This document shows positions 27,247 through 38,401 of a stretch of DNA of 64,000 nt, one piece after another (the stretch's first letter is position 1; each line of letters begins with the position of its first letter). The translations under genes were made by a program, and so were the position numbers. This stretch comes from Octopus sinensis (taxonomy: Eukaryota). Where the stretch lies: contig NC_043001.1 in assembly GCF_006345805.1 (NCBI RefSeq), positions 41,974,001-42,038,000 on the forward strand. The letters run 5' to 3'. Below the pieces are notes generated by a model. The model was given only the letters and a program-made list of their open reading frames with translations, was not told where the DNA came from and searched no databases.

Positions 27247-27311
27247 CTGCGTACTTTTTCTTTGATCACTTCAAGATAGCTATCTGCTGAACCATTGTCG
27301 GCAGGAACCAT
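27247..27311 (-). CDS. PSD: Candidate alternative first coding exon of PSD (MVPADNGSADSYLEVIKEKVR + AG), in frame with the Sec7 exon
   Basis: ATG at 27311 with an in-frame TGA upstream (27338-27336), 21 codons + 2 nt, donor CAG|GTAATA at 27247/27246. Phase 2 matches the Sec7 exon. Lies in a CpG-rich patch. Confidence 0.65.
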
Positions 27312-30300
27312 TGGCGAAGATGAAAACAAAAAGAATCAGGCACGCGTAAAAATCCAACCTCAGAAGAGATAGCTTTCACTAGATATATCGATGTTTTCGT
27401 TCAAGAGTCACACACCACCCTAGTTACACCATGTTGTTATTGTGATCGAGTGGAATAAACTAAATATGGCTAAGCACTTGTGATGCACCGGCAACAATGC
27501 CGTCCAAATAGAAGGCATGGCATTATGTTATTGACAATGTGTGTAGCTAAAGTGGGCGTAGAAGCTAGAGGCTCAGTTTGAGTTTGTATAAATGTTAAAT
27601 CACTGTGTTACCAGACCATTAAGAAATGATTAAGCAGACAAACAATGCCGTAACGAGAAGAGATGTATAGTTTCAACAACGACAGCTAAATTACTAAGAT
27701 GAGAGAGCTCCTGTTGTATACAGAATGCATCATGCCACTCTTGAAATCCAGCAGCAACAAAGCTTACAAAAACAAAAGGGGGCGAAAAGAAGTGGCTGAG
27801 AGTCTCCGGTTCAGTCGTAACTAGTTGCCTGCATCCCAACAGTTCGTTGCTGCAGCAGTTATAGTAGTAATCATACGAGTGAACTGATGTCTATATCAAC
27901 AGCAATATGTACAATCAGCAGCCAGTTCCTGCTGCTGTTACTTCCTGCTGCTGCACTTAATGTTAAAAATATTTCTCAAATCTTCCTATTCTAAGACACA
28001 CTTGGATCTTTGAGCATAACATTCTCGTCCAATGACTAAATGTTACCTGCTATTGGTTACTTATGCCTTAATTTTGATAGCACTCGAGATACCCAACATA
28101 TGTATTATTTCGTATAAATAAGTTACATCTAAATATTTTTTCAACTCACAAGGGAAAAATATATTTTCTTCTACATCACTCTTCAGCCAGTTATATCAAA
28201 CACAGCCAATCTGTCATCTATTCTTATGACTACATGAGCGCTACCAATCTATAACTATGTCATCGCTTTCATTTATTAGAACAAATGATGATGCTTGCAT
28301 TTTTTTATTTCCATATTCATTCGGCTTTTAATGGTTTTAGTCACTGGATTCCAGTAACCGTCTTAAAATGTTAACAATGTAACTTATGTATTTAAAGAAA
28401 GAAAGAAAAAAACATTGAATTAAGAGAATTCTGCAGATACGTGTTTTTTTGTTGTTTTTTTCTTTTGCCAGTATCCACTTCGTTCGTTATTTAATGGATA
28501 ATTACACTGGCTGGCTTAGTATATAGCTTAATGATAGTAACCTGAACATATACAAATAGCTTTTATCATGTTAGACTGCATGAAAATATTCTAACGTCAG
28601 TATGCGTAACTTGCCTGAAAGCCGAGATCTTTTGTTACTCAAAAGAAAACAGTTTTAGATATGAAACTTATAGGAAGGTGTTTTTACTAATGTAAAATTG
28701 AGAACACTGAGCTAATGATCTGATATTTTCTAGGAGAGGAATTACTTTTCCAAAGAACCCAGTGGAATAACTTTTTAAACAGATAAAGAGGATCAGCTGA
28801 GATTGATGTGTTTTAAAAATACTTTACATGGGATGAGACTTTTTTTTCCCCCACTTCATTTCAATGAAGGAAAAATATGTATAATGTATGTAAGCTTTTG
28901 AAAAACAAATGCCATTGAGCTGACAGATAGAAATGTCTTGGAAAAATGCTAATTAGCAAAAAAAAATAACAAACCACTGTATTAATAAAAACTGTCCTGT
29001 TTAAACGGCTTAAAGACACTAGGCAAATATGTACAGAGCCAACTGTTTTTCAGGAATTTAATTGCCAAAGAGCAGATTTAGTGGTGAGTTTCCAAAAAAA
29101 ATTTTGCACTGTTGCTGAAAGAAATATTGTGAGGAGAGGGCCAAGAAAGAGATTTAGTAGTTTCTGAGCAAACATTAAGGTTACTTATTGCTCTATTGTT
29201 GTTGGTTAATAAAAGGAAATAAACTAAGGACTCAAATAATGATATTACTTAAAATTTTGAAATATGTATTTGAAGGTGAGATTAGGTGAAATTGAATACA
29301 GTATCGACTATGGTTAAGAGAAGTAATGTCAAGTTTGTCACAATTGAAAACAGGTTTTTCATGAAATTGGTTGAAGTAAGTTTGGGATATCAACAAATGT
29401 ATTTAGAAAGAAATAATTTGTTAGTTAATAAAATATATATCATTTGCCTCAACAATTCTCTATATCTAAAGACAACTATATACCTGAGTCATATTTGGCT
29501 TGGAATAATCATTCTTTTGCAATTAACACATAAATGGTTAAGAAGTTCACTTTGCAACCACAATGCCCTGGGTTTGATCACAAAGTGTGGCATTTTGGGC
29601 AAATATAATTTTTTATACCTTTAGATCCACTTGCTGCTTGTGACTGAAAATGGGTAAACGGAAACAGTACAGAAACCCGTCAGGTGCATTGTACTTGTAA
29701 TTCAAAAGGTACAGCCTTATTAGACAAAGTATCACATTGATTCTTCCTGAGTAATATCTATGGAATACTCAATCAATCGTATGTTAATTCAGGAGCAGGT
29801 AATTCAGATGCTTGGACAACTGAACCCTTGTAGTCAAATGCTAGAGTTCACCATATATTTATTATTTTATGCTTGCCTTCCATGCTCCTCTCCTAGTTGG
29901 GTTAGAGGCTCAGATGTCACTCATGTTATACTTTTGGTTTAGCTTCTATAGCTGAATGCCCTCTGTAACACCAACAGCTTCACAGAATGAAATGAGTGGA
30001 TTTCATTGTGATCTCAGCACTAAAGAGTCTGTCTCGTTCTCAACAAGTATAAAGAATCATCACTATACGACCTTGTCTCCACTCATTCACTAACCCCTTT
30101 CAAAGGAGTACTGGTTGCATTTTGTGATACTAGCACTAGTGAGGTTGTTTTGTACACTTCAAGACAAAAACAGTCATCCCTTCTTTACATCGACTCCATT
30201 TATAAGGGAAAAACTTATCAACAGAGTATGAAGAGAGATACAGAGCAATTAGAGAGACTGGGAAGGAGAAAAGGAAAGTGCTAGAAGGAGTATGAAAGAA

Positions 30301-31019
30301 AGAAAGAGAGAGAGAGAGTAATGGTAGCAAAAAGGTGATAGATAGATGCAGAAACAGGCAGTTGTAAGAATGTCAATAATGATTAACCTAGGGAGAGGGA
30401 GCAATGGCTGGCAGTATAGGATAATGTTAGTGGGTAAGAGAGGCTGTCAGTGGTGGGTAAGAGAGAGGTGATACTTGAAGGAAGAGTGATAGCTAGCAAT
30501 ATAGGAGAGTAAAAGATGCATCAGATCCAATCAATCCCTCTTTAAGCAGATATCATGATCAGAGAGACATCATAATGGCAGCTACATATCTGTTGGTGAG
30601 AGAGCAAGGAGTAAATCAAATAAATAGATCTGAGGCAATCTCTCATTACTCAGGCATCATGATCAGAGAGGCAAAGAGAGATACAAACAAAAGAAGAATG
30701 TGTGTGTGTGATACATATCAATGAAATCAGTATAAGAGGGTAATGTTAGCTGGTAAATGAAGGATCTCAATAAACGAGTAACTCAAGAGAGAGAGAGAGA
30801 GTGTGTGTGTGTTGGTTGGCAGTAGAGTAAAAGAAGTGGTATCTTGGAAACCAACAAGTTTGATGTAAAGCTACTTATACAACATGATAGGAAGGAGGAA
30901 AAAATAGACACAAATGGTGGTAGAGAGGTATTGAGTGTGGAAGATCTAATGTTTCTCTCAATCCAAGGGTGACATGATAAAGTTAAGAGAGAGGGTATTG
31001 AATCAGCACAAAAGGCAGC

Positions 31020-32050
31020 TGGTACAAAATAGGTAAAATGCCAAATAATACATACATATACACACAAAACATATTTCAGCTGATATCACTGTTCACATTT
31101 TAATGTGTTCCACCAATGCTTGCATGAATGGTCAGATCTTTTCCAGCATCATATACCTCCAATCAATGTAGCTCTTTGTAATCTTCATGAGATGCAGCAT
31201 CTTGACATCAGTTTTCAGCACTTCATCTCAAGTGTTCTGGGTTTCCTTTTCCATAGGTTCCATTCACTTTGAGTGCTTAACACTTCTTTATGCAGCTGTC
31301 ATCATCCATATCACATGCCTATACCACAACAGTTGTCTCTCTTGTACACATCTAATTCTCTTTATTTCCACTTTTTCTCTCAATTCATTTGTATCACATG
31401 CATGTATACTAATATATTTACACATATCTCAAACCATGCTCACTTCATTACTCACTAGTCTTGAATACACATCTGCAATCAAAACTCACATCTCTCTACC
31501 ATGTAGAGCTACACTGTACACAAGCATCAATTTGAGAGAAAATCCCTCTATTGCTAGCTGGAGAGAAAGTTCCTTGAATTTTTCCAGCCCATTCTTACTC
31601 TAGCTACTATGTTCTCAAAACACACAACTCTACAACCAATTAGGTTGCTTAGATAACAGAAGCTACTAACTACTAGGGAATCATTTTAGACATTTGAGAG
31701 TAACTATTTCCTGCAAACTCTTTGTGTTTATTACACCTGTGTACCTGCACATATGGAGTCAACCATCTCTGTCAGCCTGCTCTTCTTTACTCATTGTTTA
31801 CACCGGGTCAACTGCATGGAATTTTCACCTATTCCTTTTTCTAAACAATCTTGGCCCTATCTCTGATAATAGCATGTTTTTGTCTTCAATCCTATTTACT
31901 AAAACTTTGATCTTTGCTCAGTTTTGCTTAAGGCTTTTCAGTTTTGGGTTTTGCTTCCATGCCTGAAATTTCCTCTCTAAATCTACAGTGTTATAGTTGC
32001 ATGCACGAGTTACCATGGGAAGCCAATTAGTTTTTGTGTGGAGGTTGTGG
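31020..32050 (-). mobile_element. Old RTE LINE relic (RT C-terminus to tail)
   Basis: DLERKFQAWKQN..KSLKQN, ..KFKELSL.., and tail remnant catgcaagcattggtggaacacattaaaatg. Confidence 0.6.
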
Positions 32051-32099
32051 AAAGAAATGTGTCTGCATGGATAATGGTTCACTTGTGCTAAATGAGGAT

Positions 32100-33048
32100 G
32101 CAAAGAGACAAGTTTGGAGACGTCACTATGAAAGGTTGCTCAATAAAGAAAATGAATGGGAGAAAGAGAGTCAGGGAAAAGCACCACTGATGCTATATTT
32201 CTGGTAAGACAGCTGCAGGAGAAATACCAAGCCAAAGGTAAACCTCTGTACCTGGCTTTCGTTGACATGGAGAAAGCCTTTGACAGAGTCCTCCGATCCC
32301 TTTTCTGGTGGTTAATGAGGAAACTAGAGATACATAAATGGTTAGTGAGAGCTGTGCGAGCCATGTACAGGGACACTGTCAGTAAGGTGAGGGTTGGCAA
32401 TGAGTACAGTGAAGAATTCCGGGTAGAAGTAGGGGTCCACCAGGGTTCAGTCCTCAACCCCCTCCTATTTATCATAGTTCTCCAAGCAATAACAGGAATT
32501 CAAGATAGGATGCCTCTGGCAGCTCCTCTATGCTGATGACCTTACTCTAATTGCTGAGTCCCTATCAGAACTATAGAAGTTTCAAGTATGGAAGCAAGGA
32601 TTAGAATCGAGGGCCTTAGAGTCAACCTAGCTAAGACCAAAGTCCTAATAAGTAGGAAGGCAGACAAACCACATACCCCTTCAGGTGGATGGCCCTGCTT
32701 GATATGTAGAAAAGGTGTTGGTAGAAACTCTATAAGATGTACCCAGTGTAAGCTATGGACACATAAGAGGTGCACCAATATGAAAGGAAGGATAACTGGG
32801 AAGATCTCGGCAAGCCAAGTGAGACCATAACCTCGTGGCCATAAAAAGCACCATTTGAGCATGGCTGTTGCCAGTACCACCTGAGTGGCCCTCAAGTTGG
32901 TGGCACGTAAAAGCGGGCATCCAGCTGTAGAAACTTTGCCAGATCAGATTGGAGCCTAGTGCAGCCATCTGATTTGCCAGACCTCAGTCAAATTGTCCAA
33001 CCCATGCTAGCATGGAAAGCAGACGTTAAATGATGATGATGGTGATGA
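32100..33048 (+). mobile_element. RTE LINE with two internal deletions (RT domains, partial PHD finger, 3' tail)
   Basis: GKSTTDAIFLVRQLQEKY..LAFVDMEKAFDRV..VGVHQGSVLNPLLF, LYADDL, WPCLICRKGVGRNSIRCTQCKLWTHKRC, and tail ttaaatgatgatgat. Confidence 0.9.
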
Positions 33049-35599
33049 TATGCTGAGTTTGATATTTTAATTGTTTACTTGATTCTCTTTAAAGGGACAA
33101 TATCTGTCCACAACAAATGCAGTTTTCTTGTTGCAACTATAGGCTGATTTGCTAACAATATCTATTACAAACTTCACTCAGCAAGCCATGCCTTTTGCAA
33201 AATTGGACTTGATCAACTTGTCAAAATCTAAAACCTATAAATATCAAATACAATACAAATGGTTCTGTTGCTGCTACCAGAGAAATGTGGTTCACATTTC
33301 ATGACAGCAAGGAGACCTTAGAGGAAAAAGTCATCATCTTGGGTTCATCAATCTCACTGCTTGCTGTCTAACTGATTGTTGAACCCAAGTTTCACAAGCA
33401 TTAAATGTTTGTGAACAGACTATTTGATTTTTACGCAGTTCATCTTTATAAAAGACTACTTTATCATGTCAAAACTGTACATCTTTTGCAGCACTCCATG
33501 TTACAACTTTGCTCTAGTTACTACACCTGGTCTTTCTTTCCCAGAACATTAGTTCCTTCACTGCTCATGTCATTTCCACAGGTTCAAGTGGAACATTAAT
33601 AATATCAATCTCACTAGTTTAAGAAGGTTTTTAAAGACCATAGGTACTACCTCTTCCTCTAGACACACACACACACACATACACAAATGGAGATAGTATC
33701 AATTAAGTACAATCTGGTTTGGAAACATCTAAAGCATATTACAACTGATGGTAAAAAAATATTAAAAAAACCTCAGTGGAAAAGGTTTTGTTGGACAAGC
33801 CTACAAAGACAGTTATAGACTGGGTTGTGCAAAACATTTTTTTTTAATACCACATTATTTATCAGAAGGCACTTAGGGGAAAACATTTAGTCTATTGCTT
33901 AATACAAACCAATAATAACAGTAAATTTTATTTGATTGCATACACTCAATCATCAGAGTTTCAAACAATTTTGGAAGAATTAGAAGTTAAATAGAGTTCA
34001 TTGTATCATGCTAATTGTAAGATAGCTTAGTAATGGTAAAGTTTTTTTTTAAACTTCAGATGGAGATTGACATTTTGGGGGGAAATGAGAAAAACTGTGC
34101 TCAACTGCAAATGGTTGCAGAAATTGGAATTTTTAGCTACCTTAACCATGCATTTTAATGAGTTCAGTCTTAGAAAACAACTCAGAGCTAATATGCAACA
34201 TAATATTCTGCAGTGAAGATTTTTCAATGTAGATTAATCTTTTAATCCCAGCTTATAAATAACTTCAACCACTTTCTCTATGAAAAATACAACCAAGAAG
34301 GAAATCCATTTGCTCTCGAATATGCTCATGACATTCTCACTTGTCTGAAGCCACAGTTTCAATAGAGTTTGTTAAATCCCAATGAAAATATGAAAGCATT
34401 AAAAAGAAAACATGACCAACTTTTATAAATGCCTCCTAGGCAAAGGATATGCTTTTTTTAAAGCCCTAAGCTCAGGAATGTGTTTTATCATTTGGCATAA
34501 ACTATTTATGGCGGGGGAGGGGGGCATTTTCAAAGATTACATATATTAATAAGTCAGTGTTAACTGATCATCACTTACAGTTAGTTTTGATTACAGGAAA
34601 CAAGATTTGAACTATTGTTTAACAAAATTTTGTTTCCACAAAAATAGCAACAATTTCAATTGATAGAGCATAGTTTATGTAGGAATCTACTCCAATAATG
34701 AAAAACAAGTGACTAAAAATACGATTTCCATAGCCTGGTACTGTACAATCATAGTCTCATCTCTTATTCAGCTTGTTTCAAGGTTTACAGCCTATTGCCT
34801 AAGAAATAAAATCAGTTCCACTGTATAGCTAAATGTGAACAATTCCTGAATTTTTTATACAGTATTAACTGGAAAACAGCATATTTAGCAAAAATATGTT
34901 ATAACAATGAAAGAAGGGAAAGAACTATGCTTCAGTGTGATAAACAGAACAAGCAAAACTAGTTCACAGCAAAACATGTACCCTAAACCTTAGGTTGAAT
35001 GGACCTTGATTTATTTTTTAGATATAGAACTGTTTTGTAGAGTAAAAAGGGGGAGAGGGAATGAAGTTGTTGAAATAGGTTAAAGAATTATTGAAAGAAA
35101 AGCAAGGGATGTATATGAGTGGGAGTGAGAGGGAAAAAAGAATGAAAAGAGTTCATAGAAAGTATTGGAGTTATGAATTAAAACAGGGCATTCTTTATAA
35201 ATAAGGTGCCAGTTTCACTTTATCAGACTATAGTTGCTTTCACTTTGGTAAGCAAGCATGTCTTAATAGGAATTTTGATGAATTATGATTTTATGATACA
35301 ATTAAATTTTTAATAGTGCTGATTTTGCTCATGTGTTTTTTTGTTACTTCAGGGGTATCCAAAGGTACAGTATTCAATGCATTCTTTACTTTTTTTTTAG
35401 GATGGTAGGCTAAATTTTACCTGTTGTCAGGTTTATACAGTGTTCCTTGGTTTCCAAATTATTCACATTTAAAAAATTGTGCAATCCTTACAAATTAAAT
35501 TTACATAGAGTAATAGAAATTAAAGAAAAAGAAAGAATTTAAAAGAAAGTGAACTTAAATGCTGCATAGAAATTCTAGTTAATTGATAAATTAGAATAA

Positions 35600-36850
35600 A
35601 GTGTTCCAGCAGCATGTGTTTGTGACTTTTACAGTGTTAAAAGCTAAGTTGTTTCAGATATATGCAAATCAAAGAATAAATTGTGACAGCTCTCTTTAAA
35701 AATCAAGAGTTAGCACTAAACACAGCTCTGCAGTGTGTAACAGACAATATATGAGCTGTGTTTAATATGTTCAAGAAAAATGTAGAGTGTGTGAAATCTG
35801 CAAGTGAAACTTTTGGAAAACATGTTAAGGCTTTTTGGAATACAGTTAAGGCTGGGTGGTAGGGCAGTTTAGAAAAAGCAGAGCAATGTGAACAAAAAAG
35901 CCTATAGTGACTCTTGGCACAGTCACTTCACAGACTGAGCTATGTAGAAAATTTTTAAATGAACTTATTAGATGTAAGGACTTTATTTTGTCCAAAGTTT
36001 ATACTGCTGCTGAAACTAACTTGTTCTATTGGGCTGTAAATATTTCACACTACAAACATAAATACAACACTCTTGGTTGCTTTATATGTGCAAATGCTTG
36101 CATCATTTTTAGTCTAGGTGTTAGGGAAATCAAAAGAAACTATGTACATGGTTTCCTTCAGAGATTTTTTTTCTGACTAACTTTCCAATCCTGATGTGAG
36201 ATGCTTTCAGACAGATTTTCTTGCATTATATAAAGCTTCTTGACAATGCCTAATGCTGAGAATTAAATAAATAGAAATTGCAAGATTAAATGTTTTTCTT
36301 TATCACCTTATACATCTTCAGTTAGTCAACCAATGGAAAATGCAATAATTATTGCTTGCAAGAGAGTGTATAAGAATTTTAGAGGGAAAAAAATTATGGA
36401 TGTGTTAGAGGATGAAGAAGATACAAAAGGAACCAGGACACTTCAGAATCGATGAGTCTTACAACTTAAAAATCTGAATTTACACTTCGCAGATGTTTGG
36501 AAGGAGTGGAGTACAACTTTCACAGACTGATGGATGAAATTGTCGAATAATATAGAACCCAATTTGGATTTTGAAGGATTTCAGGCAATAGACTTTTAGT
36601 ACACCTTTATAAATGCTGATAACTGGGATATAACTGAAAGGGGGTCTGTTATCAAGTCCTTGCTAATGAAGAAATTGTGAATTAGGTTCTACTAACAAGA
36701 CAGAAGAAAAAGACATTGAAGAAAGTACAGCAGCATAATCAACACTGCCTGAAATAATGAATCTCACAGACTACACAAGGATATTGCACCTTACTATGAA
36801 CATTTTTGATAGTTCAGAGTGATCATAATGAAGAAAACATCAAAGTTGTA
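35600..36850 (+). mobile_element. Highly degraded Tigger/pogo transposase relic
   Basis: KVYTAAETNLFYW resembles the YNADETGLFW motif; later xCANA and QPMENAII (QPMDQGII-like) remnants, with many stops. Confidence 0.4.
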
Positions 36851-38347
36851 AACAACTGAGGCTAGATGCATATTGCCCTAATTTACTTCTTATCCAACTC
36901 CAGCAGCACATACATCACAACTGCCTACAAACAAACAGAACACACCAGTGCCTTCTTGTGTTCACATCCCAGAAAAGTCTAGATATAGCAGATTCCCTTC
37001 CATTTCCATTATGGTTATGGCAAAATACTTTTCAAATACACTGTGAAAAAGGTAAATGAAAATTATACATATATAATTGTAATTTAATAAACTTTAAACC
37101 ATGCAGTAATGTATATTGCATTAAAACTTTTTTAGATCAGAAACAATAGAAAACTGGCTTTATGTTACCCTCAATGTAATAGATTTTGGATATTAACATA
37201 TGTATATTTCATCCAATTAGCCTACTTACTTTCAACTTAAATTTTGGTGTTAATGGATAAGCATTCCCCACTATTAGTCTATTAAATTACAGGTGTAGTA
37301 AGACCTGCGTTTCTTTTAGTTTCCATGTACGAGATCCACTGACAGCCAAATAATAACTCTTCCATTTGATAGTCTGTATTTTAAAATAATATCATAATTT
37401 TGTCAATTAAATCACTCTTAAATCATTTTAAATAAGTCACTTATTAATATGATTAGGAATAGTATGAATTAAATCCTTTCTGTGCAAGAGTTTCAGCTAA
37501 CCTTAAAATTATAGTACTTATTAATGCTTCAGGATATCATGCTGCCTCTGAAATTATAAATCAATTTAATGAAATAATCTAAGAAGTGACATTAAGACCT
37601 AACTTCTAAGTAAAAAGTAGCTATATCCTCTGATAAAATTTTTTTTTTTTTTAAATATAAATTTAGAAATATAAAATTTAGTATGAACATAAAATAAAGA
37701 TATCAAATAATCTAACAAACACAAAAATTAAGAATGCCATAAAATATGTTACTTTAAATTCAATCATTTCAGCAAACAAAAGTATGCCTTGTAAAAAAAA
37801 AAAAAAAATCAACAAAGAAATTTCTAAATTTTTTAAAATAAAATTCTTGGAATATTACAGTTCATATGATTGAAATTAATACATTTTTGCTTTGATTATT
37901 AAACAGCTAGATGGAACAGACATAGTAAATCATGTTTTTCTCTAGGTTATGGACAAGAAAGGAAGACATATATTTTATAAATATAGTCAACATAATTTCT
38001 AATATTGACACAAAGTCCAAGATGTTTTAGAGTAAAGGACTAATGATATCATGGTCATTTCCAAATAAAATCATTATAGAAATGATTGGAAAGTATGTCC
38101 CAAAGTAAGTTCACAGAATGGGAACCAGTTTCAAAATAAAGGTAATTCCACAGTTACTCCCCTTGAATAATGAACTTGAAAATCCTTCTGGTCCATTTTT
38201 CTGATTGTGTGTGTAACAAAGAATTTACGAACACACATACACGTGTGTGAACTTAGTATGTGATAGATGCACTGAAGCGGTATGTATTAGGAAATGTTTA
38301 TTCTAAAATGCCAAAATGGTTCACAAGTAGTTGATAGTTTTTGTTAC

Positions 38348-38401
38348 CTCAGAAATGTAATAAACAAGGGAAGTGGTTGCTCTGAAAGTATAGCAGCCCA
38401 T
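38348..38401 (-). CDS. Candidate alternative first coding exon (MGCYTFRATTSLVYYISE), phase 0
   Basis: Strong Kozak context aacATGG, in-frame TAG upstream, 18 codons, donor GAG|GTAACA at 38348/38347. It needs a phase 0-to-2 adapter or a more distal acceptor. Confidence 0.45.

Larger units (their letters stand above)
25000..28650. promoter_or_regulatory. CpG-retaining patch, probable internal promoter region(s) of PSD
   Basis: Visibly more CG dinucleotides (tcgtcgtc, aacgacgccg, tcgacg, gtcgcagtcgc, cacgcg, ttcgttcg) than the CpG-depleted flanks. Contains two minus-strand donors and an Inr-like TCAGTT (27887-27882). Confidence 0.55.
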
